Positions 1 to 12,440 are shown, counted from the whole stretch's first letter. The stretch: 63,715 nucleotides of DNA, filler included, from Octopus bimaculoides (GCF_001194135.2; 9 parts of 6 records of this genome joined end to end with filler, not necessarily neighbours in it), one strand, 5' to 3'. Numbers and translations are program-made. The notes: generated from the sequence alone by a model not told the origin.

Positions 1-103
1 GTTAAAAATTTTTTTTGACTAAAACACAACTGGAACCCTAAGTAAGGCATGTGTAAAATTTGAATGAAATTGGTTTCGTAGTTCTCGACTTTTAGGGATT
101 CAC

Positions 104-142
<39 letters not shown>

Positions 143-168
143 CACATTCTCATTTTTATATATATAGA
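1..168 (-). mobile_element. Non-autonomous Helitron-like element, 5' end (runs off the window start)
   Basis: Minus strand reads a|TCTATATATATAAAAATGAGAATG-(TGTC)n-...CGAGAACTACGAAACCAATTTCATTCAAATTTTACAC. The 5' TC after a host A plus an internal (CTGT)n tract is typical of invertebrate non-autonomous Helitrons. Confidence 0.6.
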
Positions 169-201
<33 letters not shown>

Positions 202-289
202 TAAATGTTTTTTTATGTTCACTTACAATTTTACATTAATCTGGTGAGATCTCTATACTTTTGTAAAGAACAAATTTATCATTCTTATA

Positions 290-897
290 CAAGAATGTTG
301 TTGAAGTTTCGTCCAGCTAAGCCGTCGTCGGACTTTTATGCATTAGAGTTAGTTTTATCTCCCTGTTGAGAGCCATGACATGCCTGACTAATAAACACAG
401 CCTTAAGAATGAAAACAGGAAGCATTTTAAATTATTCCAACAAATAAAGACAGGGCCAGTCTAGACTTATCACTTACCTACATTCTGTTATGGAAATAAA
501 TTGACACACCCAATTACAAGGCTTAAATACTGACTTTGTACCTTTGACATCTATATTGTCAAAGCAAAAGGAATAAATCCAATAATACCAAAAGCAACAA
601 AAATACTCTCACTCCTTGTGCCTATCAAACAAAAGAGAAAGATCTACTGGCTTGTTTACAAAGTTCTACATGCATGAATGAATTCTAAACAAATTTAATC
701 AATAAAAGGTTTTCCAAAACACCTTTCCATAAAATCCAACCATAAAAAGTTAATTACAACCCCATTCAAATCCACGCACCCAAATATATTTTTAACTCAA
801 CAGAGACTACGTAAAGGCAAGGTTAACTCAAATGCATCACAGTCCGATGATGGCTTAGCTGGCTGAAACTTCGAAGTCACTGTCAACAACATTCTTG
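290..897 (+). mobile_element. Truncated Penelope-like retroelement: decayed GIY-YIG C-terminus plus inverted hammerhead-bearing termini
   Basis: Imperfect inverted ends (290-334 vs 841-897), both flanked by TA. Hammerhead motif at 839-883. Frameshifted interior gives NKHSLKNENRKH, KGINPII, LCLS and LINKR pieces resembling the PLE endonuclease C-terminus. Confidence 0.6.
839..883 (+). ncRNA. Minimal type I hammerhead ribozyme motif (U4C variant)
   Basis: ACAGT-CCGATGA-T-GGCT/TAGCT/GGCT-GAAAC-TTCGAA-GTC-ACTGT: 5-bp stem I, wobble-rich stem II after a bulged U, palindromic stem III loop, GUC cleavage triplet. Confidence 0.65.
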
Positions 898-1243
898 TAT
901 AATTATATATATATATATATATACAGAGAGAGGGAGAGAGAGAGAGAGAGAGAGAGNNNNNNNNNNNNNNNNNNNNNNNNNNNNNNNNNNNNNNNNNNNN
1001 NNNNNNNNNNNNNNNNNNNNNNNNNNNNNNNNNNNNNNNNNNNNNNNNNNNNNNNNNNNNNNNNNNNNNNNNNNNNNNNNNNNNNNNNNNNNNNNNNNNN
1101 NNNNNNNNNNNNNNNNNNNNNNNNNNNNNNNNNNNNNNNNNNNNNNNNNNNNNNNNNNNNNNNNNNNNNNNNNNNNNNNNNNNNNNNNNNNNNNATATAT
1201 ATGTATATATATATATATATATACAGAGAGAGGGAGAGAGAGA

Positions 1244-1277
<34 letters not shown>

Positions 1278-1329
1278 AAGAAAGAGAGATAGAGATAGAG
1301 AGAAAGAGAGGTAGAAGGTGAGAGAGAAG

Positions 1330-1790
1330 CTTAGTAGAATACAGGACTTCAGAGAAGCCTTGTCGAATGTGTGCATTGCAGATTTATCATTAAAGCACAC
1401 CGGACAACAATTGTGCAAGTTTTCTACCCGGGTGCTCCTTATTGAGCTTGGGTTGATGAGCACTGAGTAAAAGGTTTCCACAAAGTTGATAGACACATTC
1501 TTTGCAAGAAACCAAAAGAACCGGCTGTAGCTTGAGTGCCGAGAGATCTTGCAGGTGGTGCGGCAGATGAATGTGTTATTGGCAGGGACTTACATTCAGT
1601 TTAATGTGGTTAAAATGTTCATTTCGTAACAACGATGTTCCTGGATCCAACTAGTATTTTGAGAAAGTACCATAACCTCAAGTTGACCAATGTCTTGTGA
1701 GGGGAATTTAGGCGATAGGAAACAAATTGTGAAATGTATTTTCTTCATGTACTGTCATAGTATAGCTGCGTGTAAACCATTTCAGTATTT
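1330..1790 (-). mobile_element. Possible highly decayed LINE 3' coding relic (I/Jockey-like)
   Basis: Minus-strand frames give weak LAQLRAG-like and C-x2-C..H..C-like pieces (HNCCPVCFNDKSAMHTF). Many stops; similarity is weak. Confidence 0.25.
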
Positions 1791-1964
1791 GGGGTTATAA
1801 GGTTTTGGTCGTGTGAGGGAGTTGAACGAACAAACCTTAGGAAATGTTTTCAGTCAGCATCTTAGCTGTTTCGGATGGGTCAAAGACGAAGTATATTTGG
1901 TGTCAGAGACAATGTAAAACGGTGTGAGCTCCGACCAGTTAGACAAAACATATTTACTATCTTT

Positions 1965-2125
1965 TATCTTTACTTGTTTCACCCATTAGACTGTGGTACG
2001 TTGGGGCACCGCCTTGAAGAAGTTTATTCGAATGAATCGATCCCAGTACCTATTTTATTTCAAGTACTGGTACTTATTCTATCGGTCATTTTCGCTGAAC
2101 TGCTTAGTTACGGGGACGTACGGCC
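1965..2125 (-). mobile_element. tRNA-SINE family C, 3' part
   Basis: Matches the tail seen at 16075, 36250, 47985 and 62140 (tacttgtttca...gcaccgcc...gtacttattctatcgg...taagttacggggacgta). Confidence 0.75.
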
Positions 2126-2134
2126 GGTAAAATG

Positions 2135-2420
2135 GACGAGCGTATCATATCTAGGTACGCTTGACCAGTAACAATACCTTAAAAGAAATATGTCCTATTA
2201 AACCTCTTGATGATACTCTACCTCCGGCAAATTGATTGCTTTGTCCACATACAAGCAGGGATTTTATGGTGTCCAGTAAAAACAATTATATCGGTTCACC
2301 GTCCCATAAGTCTAAATCGTGCTTCATCAGACCACACAATCGTCCTCATTAACCTCTCACCTACCATGTGTTGAAACCACTCACAAACGTTGATTCTGCT
2401 TATTCCTGCCATGCGTGCAC
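2135..2420 (-). mobile_element. rosa/Tc1-like transposase fragment
   Basis: RINVCEWF...IVWSDEARFRL, then GTVNRYNCFYW and SSRGLIGH...TGQAYLDM; same type as the element at 20417-21709. Confidence 0.7.
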
Positions 2421-3744
2421 ATTGTGGCGAGTGTGAGAAATGTTCTAGTACCATAGCCGAGGGAACACACACGAAACTATGTGTTTCGAACGTATCACGA
2501 ATCAGTGAAATTGTCAGGCGTGTTGCAATTTGAAATACCACTTTAAAACGGATTTATGATCGTTTTGTTACAGTTGCTCGCAATAGCATCAACAAGTCAT
2601 AAGAAAGTTTTTATTTTTTTTAATCCCAAAATAATGCCCATTGGCTATTCCATATGTCAACTATCGAGCAAGAGCAAGCTAAATTTTTCAGGAATGTATT
2701 GTTTTCGAAGAGTACTACAACCAAAAGACCTTAAACAAAGACTCATTATAGCCCGTCCAGCCTGCCCTACACATCGTCTAAGCAACCTCATTGACATTAT
2801 CCAAAAACCACTATGTAGTCACATACCCAGTTTCATTGGGGATGACATCGATTTCCTGTTACGTTTGCCCAAAACAACAGAATCTAATTCACAGTTAGTT
2901 TTGATGTAACAAACTTATATACGAACGATTAGACGCGGCCAGCCTCATCCTCGAAAACAATACATTTTTTTCAACGGAAAAAATCTACCTCCAAATTCGA
3001 GGCCATAAACCAGCATGTCTTAGAATATTATCTCCGAAATAAATTTTCAGAATTCACCATATAAAAATGACATTTGAAAAAAAAATCGCGTTTCTTTTGT
3101 TATACATATACATGTTTCAACATTCTCGGTAATGTCACCATTTCTAAAGACAGATTTCAATTCATCAAATCCATGTATGGAACATGACATAAGTTTTAAA
3201 ACAGTTTTTCGATATCATTTGAAGTAAATGAAACAAAAAATGTAAAACCAAAAGTTAAGTATCTTCTGTAAATAAAAGTATCAAACTTGAGCAACTTTCA
3301 CGCTTTTCAATCTAAACAGTTTTAAATGTCATGATGATGACAGAAATGTCCTTCATACTATTAAATGTTAATAAGCAACACGTTTTTGTGCTTCTTGTGG
3401 AATTTGCAGATATTCCCACACCTTACTTGATTTAGTGTGAATATAATTGCAAACCAGGTGAGACATGTTTTGTTGAACTTTTAACTATTTGTTATGAACA
3501 TTGGTAGTTTGAATGCGCCTTTAATGTATCAATTGTCAGATCACATGGGTCAAGGTCACTTTTTGTCAAGCATGGTCAATGAACAGTAGAAAGAACTTAA
3601 TGGTATGTATGCTCTTTATAGAATTTTGCCACCACAAATCTGCATTTGTTTACTTTATAATTGTTGACAATTCTGAGAATGCTTTTCCCAAGTGACAACT
3701 GACTTGAATACATGCTTTGTATTCCATAAATGTGACCAGTTATG

Positions 3745-4385
3745 AGAGAAGAAAATGCAAAATCAGCCCTGATGTCTTCTGCTATATTTGTGGATGTTAC
3801 AATTTACCAATTTACCAAGGCAAGGAAACAAAATCACAGATTTTGTGAAGAAAGCTTGCCTTACTTACTTTGTCCTGAAGCTGAATGATCAAGACAGAGC
3901 TTTGGCACCCCATATACTCTGTGAAACATGTGTTGAAGCATTGAGACAGTAATCGTTTCAAATACTTAAGCTTAAAGATTCCAGCTTTGTCTTATGAAAA
4001 AATAAAATTAAGGCTGGTGCGTTTGACGGGCCACAGATTAGGTGGCCAAACAATTTTTGTAGAGCATATCTAGCGTTGAAAAAGAAGCATGGAATACTTT
4101 TGCTGCAATTGTGTCTGATTTTCTAAGAAACAAGAAGTCATCAAATTATGAAGAAATCGTGCAGACCCTGTTAACCAGTTTTCGAGCAGTGAGTTGAAAC
4201 ATGAGTGTAAAAATACATTTCTTGCCCAGTCATACTGACTACTTTTCTGGAAATCATAGTGCGAAAAGTGATGAGCAAGGAGAAAGATTTCACAAAAACA
4301 TCGAGACCATAGAGACTAAGCATGAAGGCGCGTGGAACACAAACATGATGGCTGACTATTGTTGGTCTCTGCAAAGAGAATGTTG
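3745..4385 (+). mobile_element. Internally deleted DNA transposase relic, Chapaev3-like (CMC)
   Basis: N-terminus RKCKISPDVFCYICGCY...DFVKKACLTYF..KLNDQD.ALAPHILCETCVEALR, then KAGAFDGPQIR and C-terminus SDEQGERFHKNIETIE...WNTNMMADYCWSLQRE. Superfamily name is from memory. Confidence 0.7.
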
Positions 4386-4749
4386 GGATGGAATTTATTT
4401 ACGCAAGGCAGCAAAGAGAAAGTTCACTCTTCGAATAGTTGAAACACCAGTAAGACAGATATCTATCCTAAGATGAGTAATTAAACCTTTTTACCGGTTG
4501 AATGTTGTATAGGATATTGAGGAGATTCTTATGTTCATGATTTTTTCCAAACACACATATATGTGTGTGTGTACGCGTGTGTGTGTGAGTGTGTATATAT
4601 ATGTGTGTATAAATATACGTACATACATACGTATATATATGTATACATACACACACGCGCGCTCACTCACTCTCTCACACACACAGACAGACACACACAC
4701 ACACAGACAAACACACACACACACAGACAGACACACAAACACACACATA

Positions 4750-4940
4750 TGTTGTTGGCACTCCATCGCTTACGACGTCGAGGGTTCCGATCAATGGAAC
4801 AGCCTGCTCGTGAAATTAACGTGCAAGTGGCTGAGCACTCCACAGACACGTGTACCCTTAACGTAGTTCTCGGGGATATTCAGCGTGACACAGTGTGACA
4901 AGGCTGACCCTTTGAATTACAGGCACAACAGAAACAGGAA
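4750..4940 (-). mobile_element. tRNA-SINE family A, 3' part (5' part in gap)
   Basis: Near-identical to the 3' halves of 46103-46456 and 58482-58868. Confidence 0.85.
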
Positions 4941-5297
4941 NNNNNNNNNNNNNNNNNNNNNNNNNNNNNNNNNNNNNNNNNNNNNNNNNNNNNNNNNNNN
5001 NNNNNNNNNNNNNNNNNNNNNNNNNNNNNNNNNNNNNNNNNNNNNNNNNNNNNNNNNNNNNNNNNNNNNNNNNNNNNNNNNNNNNNNNNNNNNNNNNNNN
5101 NNNNNNNNNNNNNNNNNNNNNNNNNNNNNNNNNNNNNNNNNNNNNNNNNNNNNNNNNNNNNNNNNNNNNNNNNNNNNNNNNNNNNNNNNNNNNNNNNNNN
5201 NNNNNNNNNNNNNNNNNNNNNNNNNNNNNNNNNNNNNNNNNNNNNNNNNNNNNACACACACACATACACACACACATATATATATATATATATACAT

Positions 5298-5334
<37 letters not shown>

Positions 5335-5401
5335 CACACACATACACTCACTCACTCACTCACTCACTCACTCTCTCTCACACACACATACACCTACTTA
5401 T

Positions 5402-5535
5402 GGGCGCTGACGGTGCTGTGTCGTAAGAAGTTCACTTCCTAACAATGTAGTTGTGGGTTCAGTTCCACTACATGACACCTTGGGAAAATCCTAGTGAGTG
5501 GATTTGGTAGATAGAAACTGAAAGAAGCTCATCTT
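5402..5535 (+). mobile_element. tRNA-SINE family C head
   Basis: gggcgctgacggtgctgtgtcgtaagaag...gggttcagttcc (A/B-box-like)...gaaactgaaagaagc. Confidence 0.7.
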
Positions 5536-5540
5536 ATGTA

Positions 5541-6392
5541 CGATGTCTGATCAATAAGTATTCGGACTCTTGCCATAGTAACGAAGCTAAAAGACGCAAA
5601 GTGAAACCGCTTGGCACAGATTGACCTTGATTTTTCCTGTGTATGCGCTCTAAGTTTTAACGTTCTATCTCACTTCTACTGTTTACAGAAGTGCTTGGAA
5701 GGAACGTGTGTAGCGTGTTTAGTGTGTGATACCTTCTCAGAGGCCTACACGAAGTTGCAGAAAGTGTATAGAGAGGAGTGTATGAAGCGCACACAAGTGT
5801 ACGAGGGGTTCAGACGTTTCCAAGATGGCCGAAAAAATGTCTATATTGACGAAGGTTCTGGGAGACCCGCAACCAGCAGAACTGAGAAAAATATCGTAGC
5901 TGTGAGGGGAGATCGTCGAATCATCATCCGTGAGTTATCAGAGGATGTGCAGGTTAGTTACGGTTCAGTTCGGTCCATTATCGCTGGAGGTTTGAGTATG
6001 AGACACGTGTCTGTCAGATTTATGCCAAAATTGCTTTCAGCTAACCAAATAGACACTCGGGTTCCAGTTGCACAATATCTCTTTGATTTTGTGGAGAACG
6101 ATGAAAACTTTTTGAAAATTTTGAGTAGGCCTCTGAGCAGGTATCGCCAAGCTTTTAGCAAAATTTGATGCAACTCACTGCTCGACTTTCTCTGTCATGG
6201 TCAATGCGACGATCACACGTTACACACCTTCCTTCCAAGCATTGCTGTAAACATCGGAAGTGTGTTAGAAGGTTAAAACTTAGTGGGCATGCACAGCAGA
6301 GTTCAAGTTCAATCTGTGCCGAGCAGCTTCACTTTGCATGCTTTAGCCTCGTTACTATGGCAATAGTCTGAATACTTATTGACCAGACATCG
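5541..6392 (+). mobile_element. Internally deleted mariner transposon (852 bp) with both TIRs and TA target duplication
   Basis: ~50-bp TIRs (CGATGTCTGATCAATAAGTATTCGGACT... / ...AGTCTGAATACTTATTGACCAGACATCG) with TA on both sides. ORF 5611-6168 encodes the mariner N-terminal HTH (GSGRPATS, RFMPKLLS = WVPR-type motif); the DDD domain is missing. Confidence 0.92.
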
Positions 6393-6522
6393 TATGTATA
6401 TGTATGTGTTTGAGTGTGTGTGTGTGTGTGTGTGCGTGTGTGCGTGTGTGTGTGTGCGTGCGTGTGCGTGTGTGTATAGTAGCTGCTTTCTCGTATACGA
6501 CTAAAACTATTGCTAGAAAGAA

Positions 6523-7290
6523 TCATTGAAATGAGTTATTGATGATGCGATGTGAGGCCTTGGTATGACTCTTGACCCTGGCCAAAGATTTGTACATTCT
6601 ATTGCATAAAGCACAGCTGTGCTGGCTGACAGAGGGAACAGATCCCACAGTGTGAAGTCTTCTGACATACCTTTTCAATCCTCCAACTGAAAGGCACACC
6701 TTTCCACGAGTTGCACATGTTCTGTTGTGAACAATAGCCGCATCACAATTTACAAGGGATTGATTCTTGTAAGTTCTCTGGTGGCTGACAAGGCCTGCAT
6801 GACTCAACCATTTCCTTCCACAAATCACACATATAAAAAGTAACACTCCCTCATTTTCCACAGGTTCATTCTTTCTAAACCTTCTGTTGATCTTCTCGTG
6901 CTTCATTCGCTCTCTTTCTAACATCTACTGTGCACGTTTTTCCTCCATCCATTTCGGTCTTGTGCCTCTCTCTCCCAATCAATAACTGAAACTCCTGCCT
7001 GTGTCAGAGCTATTCTGAGGCAGTGCTTGAACCTCATATTGGGTTTATGAACTGGCCTCATGCCATCTTCCAGCTTGCCATGCAAAAGTTGCTTAGGAAG
7101 TCTTTCATCATTCAGTCTCACCCGATGAACACCCCACCTCAAACAACTTTGCAGAATCATCGATTCTACACACCCACTACCGTTTCTCTCGAGTACCTCC
7201 ACATCACTGATTACCGTTTTCCCGTTTATCATAAAAAATTTTCTAAAACAATATTGATGATATCGTTCCAAATGCCTTAAATGCCTATGA
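6523..7290 (-). mobile_element. RTE-clade LINE 3' fragment with three C-terminal C2H2 zinc fingers
   Basis: LRWGVHRVRLNDERLPKQLLHGKLEDGMRPVHKPNMRFKHCLR...WEREAQDRNGWRK is the RTE post-RT region. After a frameshift come three C-x2-C-x12-H-x3/4-H units, two of them degenerate. Confidence 0.85.
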
Positions 7291-7438
7291 TAAACTCACA
7301 TCTCACTTGCATAGAACAACGAGGTCCAAACACATGTGCTATAAACCCTAACTTTAATGTGCGTGTGTGTGTGTGTGTGTGAGCGTGTGTGTGTATGTGT
7401 GTATGTGTGTGTGTATGTGTGTGTGTGTGTGTGTGCAT

Positions 7439-7511
<73 letters not shown>

Positions 7512-8490
7512 CGTGTGTGTGTGGAAAGAAGGGGTGTATTTCCACGCAGGAAAACTATAAGAGAATTTGTTTTTGAAGATGCACCTGAATTTGAAATACT
7601 TGCAATTGCTTTTAAATAAATTTATTTACATACATACCAAACTAGTTTCAACAATCTTTTGTTTATCAATGATATAAACGTATGGGATTTAAAAAAATTT
7701 AAACTGTGAGGCAGAAAACATGTTTAACTGACTAAATGTTCACAAAATTCGATGAAATCAAAAACGATCGGTGAAGAATATTAAAAATGTGGTACAAGAT
7801 GTCTAAATGATTAAATGTAAACACATTTCGATAAGATCAAAAATGATCGGTGAAGAATATGAAAAATGTGGATCACCAAAAGTTCGGTCATACTGAGTTA
7901 AGACAGAGAAAAACAAAAAAAAAAGTAAACAGTGAAAAAAAGGGAGTTTTGTGAAAATTTCTGTCATCTTGCGTAATTCTTTTTTCTGTCGCGTACAGGG
8001 TTTTTGTAACGGAGTTTTCTGGAATCAGTGTATTTATAATTAATATTCCGCGAATGGATCTAATTTTTAATTCGTTATAATTCTGATGAATTATTGTTTT
8101 AAGATTTTGACATCATAGCCCTTGCAAATAACGCTACAGTATATAATTCAATAAAACAACTGTAGAATCACCAAATCTATGCCATAGGGCAAATATTAAT
8201 TAAACGGTTCTAATTGAGATTAATAACTAAACTGATAAAAACTAATTGAGTTCTAACATATTTAATGTAACAAACACAGAAGTGTCAGCAATTAAAATTA
8301 TCCTTGCAATGAGAGGTGGGAAGCTGCTTTAATTATTAATGTTAATCAAATCTGTAATTCTAATAAATGAAAAATGTAGTAAGAGCACTAATATTATTTT
8401 CAAATTTTTGGAACAAGACCAGCAGTTTCGTGGAGGTGGTGGTGGGGTGGTGGTCTTGGTGGGGGGGTGGTGGTCTTGGTGGGGGTAGCT

Positions 8491-8628
8491 AGTCGATTAC
8501 ATCGACCCCAGTACTTGACTGACGCTTATTTTATCGACCCCGAAAGGATAAAAGACAAAGCCGAACTCGGACGAAATACCATTAAGCATTTTGCCCGACG
8601 CGCTGATGATTGTACCAGCTCGCCACCA
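8491..8628 (-). mobile_element. tRNA-SINE family B fragment
   Basis: Shares the gtcgattacatcgacccca / ttatcgaccccgaaaggat core with 15693-15926. Confidence 0.75.
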
Positions 8629-9657
8629 TTGTAAGAGCACTAATATTAACTGAAAACAAGCAATAAAATACAAAACCAGGCTATTAACAATGTGAACAAC
8701 ATTAACATTGGCCATAACCTCACCACACCACACACATTTGAAATGACTAATCACGACTCATTCACTATTATAACCCTTTCTCAATAAACAACGCTGCCCT
8801 TCTTTCTTACAAACAACACCCTTCTGTCAAAAAATAACAATCTCTCTCAACAAAGATCTCCCACCCTCTGTTTCTGTTCCGGTTTGCGACAAAAAGCTAT
8901 TAAAAAAACAATGGATCAACAAACAAAATGCAATAGTGCCTGTTTGCCATGACAGTCATATCATTGGCATAAATATCACTATAGATTAGTGAATCTACAT
9001 TAGACTAATGAAACGTACTCAGGGGCACACACTGCAGGAAAATCGAATAATAAAGTATATTTAATGTAGTGGTCCCGTATAACCTCCACCTAACCTTATC
9101 CATATCACGTTATCATCGAATACAAGTTATCCATCTCTAATTATCATCGAATAGAATCGTCACCAACAAAACATCAAACTTTATTCCTCACAATTCACTC
9201 AAACATAAAACTAAGCACCAACCTTGAAACACAACACAACACACCAAACATCCATAGAATAAGCATCTGGAATTTTCAGTGTCCTATATAGAGAACCTTT
9301 TACTCACTCACTAAGTACCTTTCAATTAATCAGTTTCTTATGGCTACTTTATCTCAGATGATCTATTTTACATCCTTGACACACGTTGGATATATAATTT
9401 AACGATGCCGAGGTAAAATCAGTGTATTCCCACGACGTACTTCGTGAGACTCCAAAACGCCCTCTCAACGACTCCTACCGAACTGTCATCTCAACCAATA
9501 CGCTACTCTTTATTAGAGTTCGGCTAGTCCATTCATTCAGTCCTCCANNNNNNNNNNNNNNNNNNNNNNNNNNNNNNNNNNNNNNNNNNNNTTAATTAAT
9601 TAANNNNNNNNNNNNNNNNNNNNNNNNNNNNNNNNNNNNNNNNNNNNAATAAGACAG

Positions 9658-9707
<50 letters not shown>

Positions 9708-10030
9708 TAGATATATATAGATATATTTATATACATATACATATATCGACAAATATATGTCTATGTATATACATATATACGTATATACACATATACACAC
9801 ACATATACACACACATATACACACATAAACACACACACACATATACATATGCATATATATACACATACACACACATGCATATTCATGTATGTGCAGGTTT
9901 TTACATTTGTATGCAGTTCTATGTGTGTATGTGCGTGTTTGTGCATGTGTGTGTGTTTGTGTGTGTTTGTGTGTGAGTGTGCATGCGTGTGTGTGTGTGT
10001 GTGTGTGTGTTTGTGTGTGAGTGTGTATGC

Positions 10031-10063
<33 letters not shown>

Positions 10064-10345
10064 TGTACATGTGTGTGTGTGTGTATGTTTTGCTTGGTCG
10101 TATAATGGCTGCCGACAATGTGACTGATGGATAAGCATCGCAATCTTTGTCTGCTGATTAGATAAAACAGAGCAGCAACTGAAAATGAGACGAGACAGAT
10201 ATGAACACGATATAGCCTGCCTGACTGTCTGCATTAATAGAACCACTGGCCGCGATTGGTTTGGTTGGCTGTAATCTCGGCCAATCGGTTGATAGTAACT
10301 GCTTCCAGGATCAAAGACCTCACTGATCCACACTCACTCACAGTT

Positions 10346-10396
<51 letters not shown>

Positions 10397-10406
10397 NNNN
10401 NNNNNN

Positions 10407-10460
<54 letters not shown>

Positions 10461-10546
10461 AACACACACATACACACAAACTAACTAATGTCCGCTATGA
10501 ATCGATCATACGGACAACAAATTGATAATGTTCTCTCAGACATACT

Positions 10547-10582
<36 letters not shown>

Positions 10583-10965
10583 TGTATCCATTGGTAGGAA
10601 TGGGGTCGGGGGTATATGCGTGTATGTGTTGGTGTGTGTTTTGTTGTGTTGTGTATATCTGTGCATAATTCATTTCTTGCATATATATGTATACAGGACT
10701 GAAATACGCCGACGGACACACAATATATGAATAAATATATGTATATATACACGCATCCATATATACATATTTCCATTCTCACACACACACACACGCACAC
10801 ACACACACACATGCCCACACACATATAGTTTGGAGAAAAACGAGCAAAGAGATGCAACTCGGAGTGACCAGTGGCCTGTATTTAAACATAATTAATGTGG
10901 TATTATTTACCAAGGCCTCAAATAACTAGACATTCATGTATTTGTCTGAGTGAGAGTGTGTGTGT

Positions 10966-11027
<62 letters not shown>

Positions 11028-11031
<4 letters not shown>

Positions 11032-11430
11032 AATGCTTATCAGTACTTTGTCTGCCGTTACGTTCTGAGTCCAAATTCCGCTGAGATCGACTTTGCCTTT
11101 CATCCTTTTGGGGGTCGATAAATTAAGTACCAGTTACGCACTGGGGTCGATGCAATCGACTTAATCCCTTTAGCTGTCCTTGTTTGTCCCCTCTATGTTT
11201 AGCCCCTTGAGGGCAATAAAGAAATAAGAAACGTTAGCACGCCGGGCGAAATGCTTAGCGGTATTTCGTCCTTCTTTACGTTCTGAATTCAAATTCTGCT
11301 GAGGTCGACTTTGCCTTTCATCCTTTTGGGGTCGATAAATTAAGTACCAGTTACATACTAGGGTCGATCTAATCGACTGCCCCCACCTCCCCCAAAATTT
11401 CGGGCCTTGTGTCTAAAGTAGAAATGATAA
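11028..11430 (+). mobile_element. Two tandem tRNA-SINE family B copies
   Basis: Two successive gagttcaaattccgc.gaggtcgactttgcctttcatcctt cores. Confidence 0.85.
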
Positions 11431-11444
11431 GAAAAATATATATA

Positions 11445-12440
11445 TACATACTAATTTCTTTCAAAGTTGGATCCGCTGACTTCAATGCGCTCATTGTAGC
11501 GCTGCAGCCCCTTGGTGAAGGCCTCATGAAATTCCTTCAAAGTGAAAGTCTCCAACACCATTGTTTCTCCGTCCATCTTTTTCTGCAGCTTGGGTTAAGG
11601 TTACGAATCGTAGGGAGAAAGGTCTGGACTGTAGGGAGGGTGAATGACGGTTTTGGATGCCATCCCTATCAAGTATTTGGCTACCAGGATGGAATTGTTG
11701 ACTGGAGCAGGTACTCTAGCGTTTTCCGATAAAACCTCTTCCTGAACTCTCTCAAACCTCCACGAAGTACTTTTTATTGACCGTCTGATTAGAGGAAATC
11801 CAGTGGACGTCGATGACGCTCTTGCTGTCACAAAAGGGGACCATCATTAGCACCCCGGTGGACTTCTTGCTTTGGCCTCTTGCGTCAGCGTAAAGCAGAT
11901 ACCGTAAATCCTCGAGTATAATCCGCACGTTTTTCCCAAAATTTAAAGATCAAAATTTCTGGTGCGTACTATATACGAGGTTAAAATTTAAAAATATTTT
12001 CTAAGCAAAATTTTCTAAGTGATAAATATGTAAAGGCAATTTACTTAATATTTATTTTTCACTGGCGTTATTACTGTTATTTCTTTATTTTCTGCAAACA
12101 AAGGGCACAAAAAAGCTATACGTTTGCATTAATAAAGGACGTTACCGTATATACGTTTACAAACCAAGGACGTTATATAGACCTCCTTGACTCAAGTTAG
12201 AGAAGAGGTGCGTATTATACACAAAGTTTAGGTTTTTCAGAGGTACAGGCCTCTAAAAATCCCCTGCGTTTTATACTCAAGGGCGGACTATACTCGAGGA
12301 TTTACGGTACTCGGTTCATGAAAGTTACTCCATACACATTCTGGAGCATTTCATAAGTCTCTCAAGTACTTTTGCCTCGTTCAACTCATAGCGAGCTTCG
12401 AAATTGTTTTCATGTCCCGACTGCATTGTGCATTCTAATC
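11445..12440 (-). mobile_element. Decayed mariner transposase interrupted by a MITE
   Basis: C-terminal HPPYSPDLSPYD and KGLQRYNERIEVSGSNFE at 11455-11700; N-terminal HTH-like piece at 12310-12430. Confidence 0.75.
11902..12307. mobile_element. MITE (406 bp), pogo/Tc2-type termini, nested in the mariner
   Basis: TIRs CCGTAAATCCTCGAGTATAATCCGC / GCGGACTATACTCGAGGATTTACGG, with TA on both sides. Confidence 0.88.

Noticed and set aside
9592-9603. TTAATTAATTAA islands centred in N runs (also near 25821, 29883, 33123, 48435, 55387, 57688, 62015)
   Set aside because: An identical 12-mer between equal N runs that puts stops in all six frames: an assembly linker, not biology.
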